DNA of 63,756 nucleotides, filler included, from Octopus bimaculoides (Eukaryota): assembly GCF_001194135.2 (NCBI RefSeq). It is 4 parts of 4 records of this genome, joined end to end, with 100 filler letters (N's around TTAATTAATTAA, not from the genome) between each part and the next. Parts side by side here need not be neighbours in the genome. Positions count along the whole stretch, not along the records: positions 1 to 21,105 come from NC_068999.1; 3 more parts are not named here. The stretch is one strand, 5' to 3'. Within the stretch, counting starts at the first letter, position 1; the number at the start of each line of letters is the position of its first letter. Made by a program: the position numbers and the translations under genes. Of the stretch, positions 1 through 12,237 are shown piece by piece. The notes under the pieces are model-generated. The model was given only the letters and a program-made list of their open reading frames with translations. It did no database searches and was not told the DNA's origin.

Positions 1-132
1 TATATATATTGATTATTGGAGACCGAGTTCCACACTTCTGCGCTATTGTTGTTTATCACAAACATTATTTATCTACAATTTCTTTTTTTGGCTCTGCAAT
101 TTCTAATACCCATAATGATTTTGTTCTTACAG

Positions 133-152
133 GGATGAAAGTTATCTCGTAT
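133..152 (+). other. Candidate 20-nt microexon of an unidentified host gene
   Basis: TTCTAAT branch-like motif ~25 nt upstream, TTTTGTTCTTACAG acceptor, 20 nt (open as MKVISY or DESYLV), then a perfect GTAAGT donor at 153-158. Confidence 0.3.
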
Positions 153-246
153 GTAAGTAATTCAGTTTGGCAATTCGCTGTGGTGGGGATTCGCTTGCGA
201 ATACAAATACAACTACTGAATCTTCTTTACATTAATGTAGTTTAAA

Positions 247-660
247 ATGTTTGTATTCTTTAAATATTCGCCGGATAATCTCAGCCTTGATATTCAAGAT
301 ACAACTATGCATTATTATTATAATCATTGTTTACATAATTGTTATCACCATTCTTTTTCCTCTTCTTCTTCTTATTATTGTTATTATCATTATTATTGTT
401 ATTATGGTTGTTATTATGGTTGTTGTTGTTATTGCCTTTTTGATCTTGATGGTGTATATATAATTATCTTTGTTTCTTTTTCTTTTTTGTTATTACTATT
501 ATTGCTGTTGTTGGTGATTTTATGGTCGTTTATACACTTCTTGCTTGTTTCAATTCATCATGATATTTTTCTTCCTCTCCTCCTCCTCCTCTTTCTTCTC
601 CATTTCTTCTTCTTTTCTTCTTATCATCATCGTCATTATTATTATTATCAGAAGGAGTAG
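247..660. repeat. Degenerate triplet low-complexity tract (TAT/TGT/TCT/CAT)
   Basis: Mixed triplet runs seen directly; ORFs in both directions are homopolymeric (poly-I, Y, L, S). Confidence 0.85.
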
Positions 661-1559
661 AAGGAGAATGTTGGTACGTACTGACTTGAACACATTTTTT
701 GTCATCGATTTTACAGATTTTAATATTTTACCAAATGAGATTTCATAAAATTTCTTATATATAAACATGAACATCTGTGTATGTAGAGTTCAAAAGAAAT
801 GGAAAAGTCTTATTGTATGTTTTTTTCTTGTCTACATTCATCCACAAATGGCTATGATGTGGGGTCACATGAATCTAAAATAAGGTATTGAAAGTTAAAG
901 TAAATCACAGGAGTTTAAAAAACATAAAGTCAGTGAAAAATTAATTTTAATATATTAAAAAAAATATCCTTGTTCTTTACTTTTAAAAATTGCACTAATG
1001 CGGAGAATTCTAGCGACGTGTTTACTAACTATTACAAATCTTATATTCCAAAGTTACCAAAAGAAAATAATTTTGTAATATTTTATGTCAGCATTGCACG
1101 TAAAGGAAAGTTTATCCTTTGCAAATTATGTTGTCGGCGAAACTTGAACACCTACAACGCAGCTGAAAGAGTAACCTGTTACGCGACACAAACTTAAGTG
1201 GGTTTTACCTGATGTCATCACAAAATTATAAGAAAGTTATTATATATTTGTGATTTGCAAAATTACAGGATGTGAACATATGCTCACGAAAGATCCGTTG
1301 GAGATAGCCTTTGGCTACGTACAATTATATTGCCTATAAGACTGATCACATTGTTTTTCCTGAATTACTATTACAATTTATGTACCTTTTAAATGTACAG
1401 AGACTGGAAACAGAACAAATATACAAGGTAAAGTGGTACGAATGATAAGTGAAATATCATAATGCTATTCGGATACTAAATAAAAATCCCGCTGCTATAC
1501 ATACAAATGTGTGGGTCATTTGCGAAATTTCTGATCAGAGTAGTATAGAAAATTGAAGA

Positions 1560-1850
1560 AGAAAAACAGTACAGGGTGCATTGGGAACAGTAGGCCATGG
1601 GCATTGCTGTTTTCAGTGTACTACTAGTGAAGATAAATCGAAGTGTTCATCTTTTCCTCGGTTCGAAAGTCCGACAAGGAGAGTGATCAAATGGAAACAG
1701 AGAGTTCCTTTTCTTGGAAACATCCAGAGTATCCATTCTACGTTTTGCTACAATGAAGAAATGCAAAATCTGTAATGACGGCATTATGTCGGAGACTAAG
1801 AGGCAACTTAGAAAACAACTATCCCTCCACAAATGACAAAGCACAATGAA
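1560..1850 (+). pseudogene. Decayed GIY-YIG endonuclease fragment, probably PLE-derived
   Basis: Manual translation with one frameshift gives CKICND.HYVGETKRQLRKQLSLH, matching the PLE GIY-YIG second motif (C..C...YVGET.R.L..R...H), preceded by a Cys-rich HCCFQC segment. Confidence 0.35.
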
Positions 1851-2592
1851 AGACAAAGATATGTGTGAGAAGTTCGTTTCCTTGGGGTCCTATTGAAATT
1901 CCCATTTATAAATGTGATTTAAGTATTATTGAAATTATTTCCTTTGATTTTATGCAACTTTAAATTGCTTAAAACTGAGGTGGAAAGGACAGAGAAGATG
2001 AGTCACTACTTTACGACCCTGCGTAAGCTAATTCCGTAAATAAAAGAGACAAAATATCAGACTCGGTGAAAATGACATTGGACGTTGTTCTCCTTTCGCT
2101 CGATGAAAATTTCAGCACACAATGAGAATTTGCTGGTTACCAGTTGATGAAATGTAGGCGAGTAACATCTCTGTAGACATACAAGAAGTGATTCCAAGCA
2201 ACGAATGAAATACGCAGCTGTGACGAATGTGATGTGCTGAAAGCAAACGTCTGTATAACTTTATGTGTACTACATGTATTACACAGCACACTATGTATTA
2301 TATGTTGCATTACTACCTGTATATCAGCCGCAGCTGATACACATATAGTAGTAATTTCAAAATTGTCTGCTCGAAATAGCTGGAGGATCTGAGCAGAACA
2401 ATTCAGAAAGCAACAAAATACTCTGCAATGTCTCTTAAGATGTTGTGTAAATGAGAAGCAGCTGCTATTTTCAGCTCCTATAGAAGCTTCGTTGTTGGCT
2501 TGAATCAAACTGGCCAGTGTATCTCCCGTATCTACTTCACGCTCTCCTTTATCTCACGAAACAAACTTATTAGTTAATACAATTTCATGCAT

Positions 2593-2976
2593 ACTCTTTT
2601 ACTCTTTTACCTGTTTCAGTCATTTGACTGCGGCCATGCTGGAGCACCGCCTTTAGTCGAGCAAATCGACCCCAGGACTTTTACTTTGGAAGCCTAGTAC
2701 TTATTCTATCGGTCTCTTTTACCGAACCGCTAAGTTACGGGGACGTAAACACACCAGTTTCGGTTGTCAAGCGATGNNNNNNNNNNATATATATATATAT
2801 ATACACATATATGCGACGGGCTTCTTTCAGTTTCCATCTACCAAATCCACTCACAAGGCTTTGGTCGGTCCGGGGCTATAGTAGAAGACACTTGCCGACG
2901 GTGCCACGCAGTGGGACTGAATCCGGAACCATGTAGTTGGTAAGCAAGCTACTTACCACACACCACTCCTGCGCCT
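2593..2976 (-). mobile_element. tRNA-derived SINE family A, near full length
   Basis: Reverse complement starts GGCGCAGGAGTGG..GTGTGGTAAGTAGC (A box) and GGTTCCGGATTCAGTCCC (B box), has the central GAGTGGATTTGGTAGA.GGAAACTGAAAGAAG domain and an internal (TA)n, and ends in a GTAAAAGAGTAAAAGAG tail; about 10 further copies in the window. Confidence 0.85.
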
Positions 2977-3697
2977 ATTAAATATTTTTTTTTTAATTAT
3001 CATGAATATAAAGGTCTCTGATCATAAATCAGTTCTATGAGGGCTGACCTGGGGCGAATGAAAGATACGAGACTCTGATGGAAAAAAAACCCTTATATTT
3101 CATGTTCATGTTCTTTTCGTTTTTATCTTTTTCATTTTTCCTTTAGTTAATGATCTATTCTTCAAACTTTTGATGTTCATGCCAACCAAAGACGTCGTAT
3201 ATTTTTACAGAAACAATGTCTTAAGTGATTAAATAATACAATGACACATTGTGAAATCTGATAAGTTAATCAAGAAAATAGTAAAGCTAGAAGTAAATAA
3301 GAATGTAATAAGAACTGAAAACTGGCATAAACGTGCAAAATAAATAGCATTAGCTCGCATATTCTCATTATCTGTCACAAAGGAAATTCGAAAAGAGAAA
3401 AAAACAAAACCCACGTAATTTCATTTCTATTCGGAAGTTGGTTTTTCTTTTCTGTAAAAATCGTCATGAGAGCTTTGAAAGAATTTATTTCGTTTCAGAC
3501 CTTCATATTAATTATAGCAGTATATTATAAGGCTATGGCGACAATGGAAAAGAAGAGAAGAATATCATATGCATACACACGCACACATGCATACACACGC
3601 ACACATCCCTAGATAGATAGATAGATACATACATACATACATACATACATGCATGCATGCATGCATGCATACATACGTGTGTGTGTGGTGGGGTAAG

Positions 3698-3733
<36 letters not shown>

Positions 3734-3984
3734 CATGAATACACACATGCAGAAAAAACCCATTCATTTGTGAGTGCGCTCTACATTCAAAATGAAGCAT
3801 TAATAATTGAATATAATTAAAATATGGTAGATGATGCCATTATGTCAGTGACAAAAATAAATATTTCGTTGGTATATCGGGATCAGTTCTTAATGCACAT
3901 ATTTCACAAAAAGATCACTGCAATGGTAAAAACTTCAGATTTTGGTTCCATAGTATATAAATATATGATGAATATATATCTAAT

Positions 3985-4048
3985 TCTTTATTGCTAGCAG
4001 GGAGTTAAACATAGAGGGGACAAACAAAAGGATTAAGTTGATTACATT
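3985..4048 (-). mobile_element. SINE 3'-tail fragment abutting the mariner relic
   Basis: GGATTAAGTTGATTACAT resembles the GTC(A/G)ATTA(C/G)ATCGAC tail junction of family B SINEs elsewhere in the window; the rest of the assignment is from recall. Confidence 0.35.
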
Positions 4049-4049
4049 T

Positions 4050-5173
4050 TGAAGAGTGCAGTTCGATTTTAACAGATATTGTTTTTATAATGGAAGTGGC
4101 AAAGGAGGATATTCGGTATATTTTGATTTATGAGTTCACTAAAGGCAACAAAGCAACAGAAAGTTCGGGGAATATTAAAGCAGTATATGGGGATCGGACA
4201 ACCAGGGTAAGCCAATGTCAACGGTGGTTTCAGAAATTCCGAGCCGGAAACTACAGTTTAGGAGATGAGCCACGTCCTGAAAGATCTGTAGAGCTCGACG
4301 ACGATATCCTGCAAACCCTGGTGGAACAAAACCACATCGTAACTATTAGGGAACTTGCAGAGAAGCTTGGATTTGGTCTTTCAGCCATTCATCAACACCA
4401 ACATGCCATCGGAAAAGGCGATAAATCGGGCAATGAGTTTCTCACAAACTTTCCGAGTCGAATCGAATGCAGAGAGTGAATGTGTGCTCTTCTCTGCTGT
4501 CACGTCTCCCGAATGAACATGTTTGGACCGAATATTGACTGGTGATGAGAAATGGGTTCTCTATAAAAATGTCAAGCGCTGAAGACAGAGGGTAGGGAAA
4601 GGAAAAACTCTGGCACTCCAGGCGAAAGAAGGTCTTCACCTACATAAGGTGTTGTTATCACTTTGGTGTGATATGAAAAGTTTAGTCTACTTGAAACTTT
4701 TAAACTCAAACCAAACGATAACAAAAAGAGATCTACTGCGAGTAGTTTGAGCGGCTTAAGTCAGCGCTAGAAGAAAAACTACCATCTTTGGTTTCAAGAC
4801 GAAAGTTGTTCTTCCATCAGCTACATACAGTGAGGATTACATTCCAAAGACTGGAGCAGATTGAATGGGAAACGATGCCACACCCACCATTTTCGCCGGA
4901 CATTACTCCATCTCATTCTCATTTATTCTGCAGTCTTCAAAACGGAAATTTTGAATTTTGTAGACGAGGTCAGAACAGTAGTAGAGGAGTATTTTTCGTC
5001 GCGGAGAAGTAAATTTTAGAAGAGGGACCTTGCAAATCTACCAGAAAGATAAAAGAGCATTGTAGAAAATGAAGGTGAGTAAACTTTAGATTAAAAAAGA
5101 ACTTTGTTCATCTTAATTTTGAAAAATACAAGAAGTATAAAATGACACATTATTCATGGGATGACCTAATGTA
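4050..5173 (+). mobile_element. Mariner (Tc1/mariner, DD34D-type) transposon relic with disrupted transposase and right TIR only
   Basis: ORF 4090-4479 has the mariner HTH region (QCQRWFQKFRAGNYSLGDEPRPERSVELDDDILQTLVEQNHIVTIRELAEKL). TGDEKWVLYKN lies at ~4540 and WETMPHPPFSPDITPS (cf. HPPYSPDLAPSD) at ~4865-4910. It ends ..TTATTCATGGGATGACCTAAT-g-TA. Multiple stops and frameshifts. Confidence 0.92.
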
Positions 5174-5613
5174 TCTGTATATTAATATACACATATGTGT
5201 ATTTACATGCATATATATGTATAAATACAGTGTACATTTCAACAAAAAAGAGATGACCATCATAGGACACCTAACCCGCTAGAAGGAGTAGCCAAAATCC
5301 AAACCACTATTAGGGATAAATTTCGAAGGAAATGAAAAAAAAACATTTACCATCTATATCCTGGAATGGCTTCGTACTCTAATTTAGCAAATAAATTAAT
5401 ACGCTAGGTGAAGTTCTCATCAGTAGGGACGCCAAGATTAACATATAAATACGATGCAATACAGTACATACCTCGTGATTGCATATTATATTTTTTGAAA
5501 TCCACCGCGCAAGCACAGTTTTTTGTCGGCAGCAAATAAAAATAATGCTGACTTGCTTCGAAAATTTGCCAAAAATTATTAATAATTAATAAATACTGTC
5601 CTGATATTTATTA

Positions 5614-5642
5614 ATGCATTATATATATATATATATATATAT

Positions 5643-5695
<53 letters not shown>

Positions 5696-5700
5696 GAGAA

Positions 5701-5750
<50 letters not shown>
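5614..5750. repeat. Compound (TA)n-(GA)n microsatellite
   Basis: Seen directly. Confidence 0.95.
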
Positions 5751-5751
<1 letters not shown>

Positions 5752-5754
5752 ATA

Positions 5755-6172
5755 ATAAAATTAGAAGATCAAATTTCTGTGATTGCTCAAAACATAGATA
5801 ATATTATTTAAACTTCGAATGTAAGATTGAAAATGTGGTTTGCAGGTGCAAAGTTACATCAGAAGACAAAGGGAATTTCTACATAGCTCACGTTTTATTA
5901 AACAATGAATAGCTAATCACGAAAATTCTTTCAGAAATAAGGACAAAGAAAATTGTACTAGCCTAAGTAATTTAAATTGGTTGCTGAAAGATTGTAACAA
6001 AATATATTCAATTGGATGGGATATTATTAGTAAGGATAACCCTTATATAATACGAGGTAAGAGATGCGACTCATGCATAGAAGAAATGTACCAAATTTTC
6101 ATGTCTAAATTTAATCTAATAAACACTAGACAAGAACGTGCTCTAAGATGCTTTCATGCAAGTAAATTGTGA
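5755..6172 (+). pseudogene. PLE C-terminal GIY-YIG endonuclease fragment, Naiad-like
   Basis: Translation across one shift: FCDCSKHR*YYLNFECKIENVVCRCKVTSEDKGNFYIA / FIKQ*IANHENSFRNKDKENCTSLSNLNWLLKD..YSIGWDIISKDNPY..GKRCDSCIEEMYQI..NLINTRQERALRCFHASKL*. This follows the CxC..C..NVVY..YIG..FK.R..NH..SF..W.LK..W.I..CxLC..EK..LLN.R.E..C.H pattern. Confidence 0.75.
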
Positions 6173-6289
6173 AAACAAGAACTGAAATTAGATCAAACTT
6201 GATTGAATACCTCTAAACTAACAATATTCTCTTTGAAATTAGTGTAATGGTAAACTTCTAATAGTAATGATAAATCTATTTTTTAAATT

Positions 6290-6523
6290 ATTTACATTTG
6301 GCGGATATTTGTCCTCATCTTGTTTGTGCTTAACACGTTTCGATATCTTGGGGAAATTTCGAACCTGGGTTCTCATTCGTAAAGATCTGTTCGATGTCGT
6401 TGTTGTTGTTGTTATTCTTCTTCTTCTTATTATTATTATTATTATCATCATTATTCAGGTCACTGCCTGGAATCGAACTCGGATAGTAGTAGGCCGCTCT
6501 ATTAACCACTACGCCATATGCCC
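6290..6523 (-). mobile_element. PLE 3'/pLTR-like region: tRNA-like head + (TAA)n + hammerhead half-site
   Basis: The - strand reads GGGCATA-TGGCGTAGTGG (A box)..GAGTTCGATTCC (B box), then AAT/AAG/AAC repeats, then ..CCCCAAGATAT-CGAAACGTGT. It lies directly downstream of the PLE endonuclease stop region. Confidence 0.55.
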
Positions 6524-6559
6524 GTGAGCAATTATGGAGTGAGTTTTAGGGCTTATAAT

Positions 6560-7335
6560 CTATTATTTTTCTATCCTTCCTTAATACCGGTTCCCATATG
6601 CTATTCATATCTGCACTCGATAGTAGGAGATAGTAGTGTCCTAGCATATGTGCTGCATCTTTTCGTTTTCGTATTTTCCAGAGGTGTCTTCTGTCTATTA
6701 TTTTAACTTCATCCTACAGGGGAAGGTGCTCTCCATTTTTCCATTCATGACCAGCTATACTCGATTTATCAGTGACTACTTGTATCACAGATTTGCGATG
6801 TTCCTCTATCCTTATTTTGATGGGGCAGAATGTCTCACCTTTGTATAACCTACCACAGCTGCATGGGATGGAGCACACATTTGGTCATATTCTCTTATAT
6901 TGGTGGTTTAACTTGAAGGAGATATTTGCAAAGTGTTGTATTACATTTGAATACTGTTTTGATGTCATATGGGCTGCATATCTTTTGTATCTTTTCGGAG
7001 AGGCCTTTCACATATGGTAGACAGACTGTGGACAGTACATTGGTTTCATCCTCTCTTTTCTTTATAATTGGAGTAGATAGTATGTTTTTGGTGTAGGTGT
7101 TGCTTAATAGATTGTTACTGAGCTCGATAATTTCCTCGTGGTGAGTATTACGATCGTTATTTATATTCTTTGCTCTATGTTTTAGGCACTGAGCAATCCT
7201 TCTCTTTACATTGTATGGATGGTGGGAATTGAAGTTGAGTTATCGTCCAGTGAAGGTGGGCTTGCGGTATATGGATGTCCTGAATCCATATTGGGGCGTG
7301 TTATTATTACGTCCAGGAATGCTAGCTGATTGTCT
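6560..7335 (-). pseudogene. PLE (Penelope/Poseidon-like) RT thumb + GIY-YIG fragment
   Basis: The - strand with frameshifts reads DNQLAFLDVIITRP..FRTSIYRKPTFTG..LNFNSHHPYNVKRRIAQCLKHRAKNI, then CLPYVKGLSEKIQKICSPYDIKTVFKCNTTL, then ENGEHLPL*DEVKIIDRRHLWKIRK..AAHML..DMNSIWEPVL. Confidence 0.85.
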
Positions 7336-7869
7336 TTTTCCTATATAAACATTAAATCAAACTTATTTTTAGGACTGTGTTTCGCCTAACTTACCACATT
7401 TGATGGCTTAGGTCAAGATTCCTACAACTATTAATAGAATCACTCATTCCTCCTAAAAAACACTTTATTCATTTAGTCTGCTGTGTCCCTCAGTTTCATT
7501 TCAAAACGACAGAATGTAAGTACCCTGATGAGACTGGACCCACCATGACACCGGAATCCATATCTAACAGTTATATATCGTTGCATATCCAACAGTTTTA
7601 TATCGATGTAGTTGAGACTCGCGTAGGTCCAGTAAAGGATACTTTAAATAACTGTTAAATAAAATTATGGATGTGAAAAATCCCAGTTCTCCTTATCATT
7701 ATTAATATTATTACTCTGCAGAAAATATGCAGTCCTGAATAGGACACTCGGATTTACCCAGCGAGAAAAGTTACCAGACTCTAGCAACTTATGTTTAACT
7801 CGGGTATCACAAAGACAACATTTTGGTTAACCGGCATCGGAAACCGAATTTAGAAGAAACGCGGTAACC

Positions 7870-9230
7870 ACTGTGATAATATGTCCCTTTAAATTCATTT
7901 CTGAAAATAACTCTCGCGATGTAACGAACGACGAAGGCAATATACTTGAGAATGGAGTTCATAAACATCGACACATCCCTCAAGGATATTCCATTCCCAT
8001 TAAGAAGGAATATATCAAAGACCTTATCAGTAAAGCAAACACATTCATACACAGCCTGAGATGGCTAGCTTACTTCCACGACCGTATAGAAGAGAATTCC
8101 AGCAACAATGAAAGAGATGAACAGTTACAGTTACGGCGAATCTTCAAAACTAAGAAAAGCCTATAACCGAACCAACACCGAACTATGGAATTTAACGAAG
8201 AATATCAAATTCAAAAGATTCTTCCTAAGAAAGAATAAACACCTACAGAAACTACACTCCTTTACCAAAGAACTTAAGAAGAAGGAAAGAATATTGGTTC
8301 AAGTGGACAAAACGGCTAACTCGCACCATTTAAGCCACTCTAATTACCATGCTCTAGTTGAAAAAGAGATCGCTAAAAGCTATAAAGTCACAAATCACAA
8401 CAACCTAAAGCAAATTGACTTACAAACCAAAGTTTGTAATGGAGAAAAGCAGAGTAGATGTTAAAACGGAACCATACAAGTCTAAAACACCTACGATTAA
8501 TCTTGAAGATCATAAACCAAACTTTAACCCTAACCCTACTGTTAGACTCATATGCCCCTCTAGGTCGTCCTAGGTAGGATCAGTAAATGATAAGTATATG
8601 CCCACACTGAGGAAAATAATAAAGCTGAGACTCTGGTCTAGTTCTTACGAAGTTATTGGCTGGTTCATTAACATCACTAACAAACATAGAACACGAATTA
8701 TGCAAATTGATATTACTAGCTATTATTCCTGTATTAAGCCAATCCTTCTAAATAATGCACTCATCTTTGCTAGAAATAACTCAGGACTAACTAGAGAGGA
8801 GATAGGCGTTATGTTAGCAGCTAAAAAATCAGTTATCAAATTCGAAGATAAGCACTGGGTTAGAATGGATAGACCGGAGATGTTCGATATTACTATGGGA
8901 TTAACAGCTTCTGCACAAGTTACGGACTTAGGATGGATCTACTTACTATTGAGCATAAACAGAAAATTCCTTCAAATAGGAGGTGGGGTCAATACAGGGA
9001 TGATGCACTTTTCAACCTGACTAACGCCTCAAACCTAGAGATAGGGAGGTTTAGAGAGTGTTTTTTTTAAAATTCTTAAAGATCCTGGGATTATCTATAT
9101 CACTAGAGAACGAACACGACTGAGTCAAATTTCTTCATGTTACTTTAGATTTAAGTGCAGGGCAGGGATATGTAAGCCTTATCAGAAACCAAATACCAAC
9201 CTTAGATGCATAAATAAAAATAGTAATCAC
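7870..9230 (+). pseudogene. PLE reverse transcriptase, Naiad-like, disrupted and truncated by (TA)n/gap
   Basis: Contains SIPIKKEYIKDLISKANTFIHSLRWLAYF, ILVQVDKTAN, INLEDHKPNFNP.PTVRLICPS and IMQIDITSYYSCIKPILLNNALIFA..FDITMG..AQVTDLG.IYLL, with a decayed YRDD motif near 8990-9005. It ends VTLDLSA..CKPYQKPNTNLRCINKNSNH (cf. FLDVTLDL..G.YKPYRKPN..YIN..SNHP). Confidence 0.85.
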
Positions 9231-10054
9231 CATATATATATATATATATATATANNNNNNNNNNNNNNNNNNNNNNNNNNNNNNNNNNNNNNNNNNNNNN
9301 NNNNNNNNNNNNNNNNNNNNNNNNNNNNNNNNNNNNNNNNNNNNNNNNNNNNNNNNNNNNNNNNNNNNNNNNNNNNNNNNNNNNNNNNNNNNNNNNNNNN
9401 NNNNNNNNNNNNNNNNNNNNNNNNNNTATATATATATATATATATATTTAGCACAGACATCTGAGAGTGTAAAGATTGGTGGGTAGAGTATAAACAAAAA
9501 GATACTGGGCTACTTATCTATAGTATATCGCATAGAAAGTCTCACAAACACATATAAGTGATTAAAATTAAGCGTGAATAGTTCGTTAGTAATTCGCAGT
9601 AGAAATAAACCAGGGCAAAAAAAATCATTGATAAATGACTGTGCGCTACTAATTCGCCGTTTCTTCAACGACAAATATTCATACATTGTCATCATGCCTT
9701 TTCTATTCTGCCTACCTTCCTGTCTATCGCTCTGTTATTAGGTATGGTCTAAAAGATAATATCTTTAGTGATGTTATGTCGCAACGCTACTGCTATCTAG
9801 CATCTTCGGATGATCTCTACTCAACCGCTACACAACTGCTACTCGACTGCTACTCAACACTCCTACCACGGCCAGACTGCCTCTATTTATATGTCTTGAG
9901 AGATCCTACTTCTTCGCCTGGGGTCATCGACATAATATGATCAATTAAAAACATAGCAGTCCGTCACACAGCTTGTAAAATACACACTAAGGCCAGTGCA
10001 TTTCATGGGCTGGCTTTGGTGTGTTTAATTCATCTCATCAGGTTGATATATAAA

Positions 10055-11130
<1,076 letters not shown>

Positions 11131-11527
11131 TCCTTAATTACATTCTTTGAATTTTCTTCATTATCAGTGACAAATTAGAAATCTGTTATCATTAGCCATG
11201 GGTTCGGGAAAAAAATAGCAAAATATTTCCTGTTGTACACACATACATAAACACACGAATATACACCAAGATACGAACAGGCACGATCGTGCAGGGAAAA
11301 AATTCAAATAATGAGATATTTTGCTAAGTAATTTTTTTTTTTTTTTGTTTGGTTGTATTGTTAAGGCTTTCACTATTTTTACTCATTTCTTTCCTTTTTT
11401 ATCTTTATTAACACAGGGTTCGTTCTACAGATTGAATACGTCTGTGTTTGTGTGATTGTGCGTTAGTGGATGACAGGATGTGTGCGTGGAAGATGTGTAT
11501 GTATGTGTGTGCGTGTGTGTGTAAGTG

Positions 11528-11937
11528 TTCGCAACAATTTTCAGTGTTAAAAATTCACGATATTTTTCTCTAAGATACACATTAAACCAGAAATATCGAA
11601 GATGATTTTATCCAATAATAGTCATTCAGGATTCATTTTGCCCCTGTGCGTCCGTATAAGATTTTTTTTTTTATAGTGGTGTCTACATAACAAAATAATG
11701 AATTGGAGATCGACAATTGTACTTTAAACGTCCCTGAAAATATTTGCTTTAGATGTATGCACTGGTTTATTTGCAAGAAAGAGATGGATAAAGAAGTGAT
11801 TTTAAATTCTCAATCGCAGGATAATGCTAATAATATAGCCTGAACAGAATAAACTACCCCTAAGGCATTTCTAAAGGCAAACTTCGTTTGTTTGTTTACG
11901 TATATCGTAATTTGGAAGAGATGGATGTTTACCTTTT

Positions 11938-11971
<34 letters not shown>

Positions 11972-12237
11972 CGTGTGTGCGTGCGTGCGTGCGTGCGCAG
12001 CAATTTTCAGTGTTACAAATTGACGATATTTTTCCTAAGATGCGCATAAGATCAGAAATATCCAGAGGAGTTTGACCCAGTGATTCACAATCGGGCTCCA
12101 TATGGCACCTGATGGTCCGTATAACATTTTGTGGTGTCCACACAACGAAATGATAGATTGGAGATCCACAATAATATTTTAAGCGCCCCTGAAAAAGTTT
12201 GCTTTCGATGTTTGTATCGGTATGCATTACAAGAAAC
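11528..12237 (+). repeat. Diverged local tandem duplication (~250-bp units at ~11528-11780 and ~11998-12237)
   Basis: Both units start CAATTTTCAGTGTTA.AAATT.ACGATATTTTT and share CAGAAATATC, TCCGTATAA, GTGGTGTC.ACA.AAC, ATTGGAGATC.ACAAT, CCCTGAAAA..TTTGCTTT.GATGT and CAAGAAA. Confidence 0.8.

Noticed and set aside
2137-2508. 123-aa - strand ORF
   Set aside because: No recognisable motif or splice signals; possibly decayed TE sequence, but it cannot be assigned.
6455-6523. tRNA gene
   Set aside because: A and B boxes are present, but the anticodon arm is truncated and there is no acceptor-stem closure or oligo-T terminator. Treated as a tRNA-derived head; the same applies to the SINE heads.
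5755-9230. Permuted EN-before-RT PLE (Chlamys-like order)
   Set aside because: The EN fragment ends in a stop at its normal C-terminal position and is separated from the RT by 1.7 kb containing another element; a partial tandem or nesting is more parsimonious.
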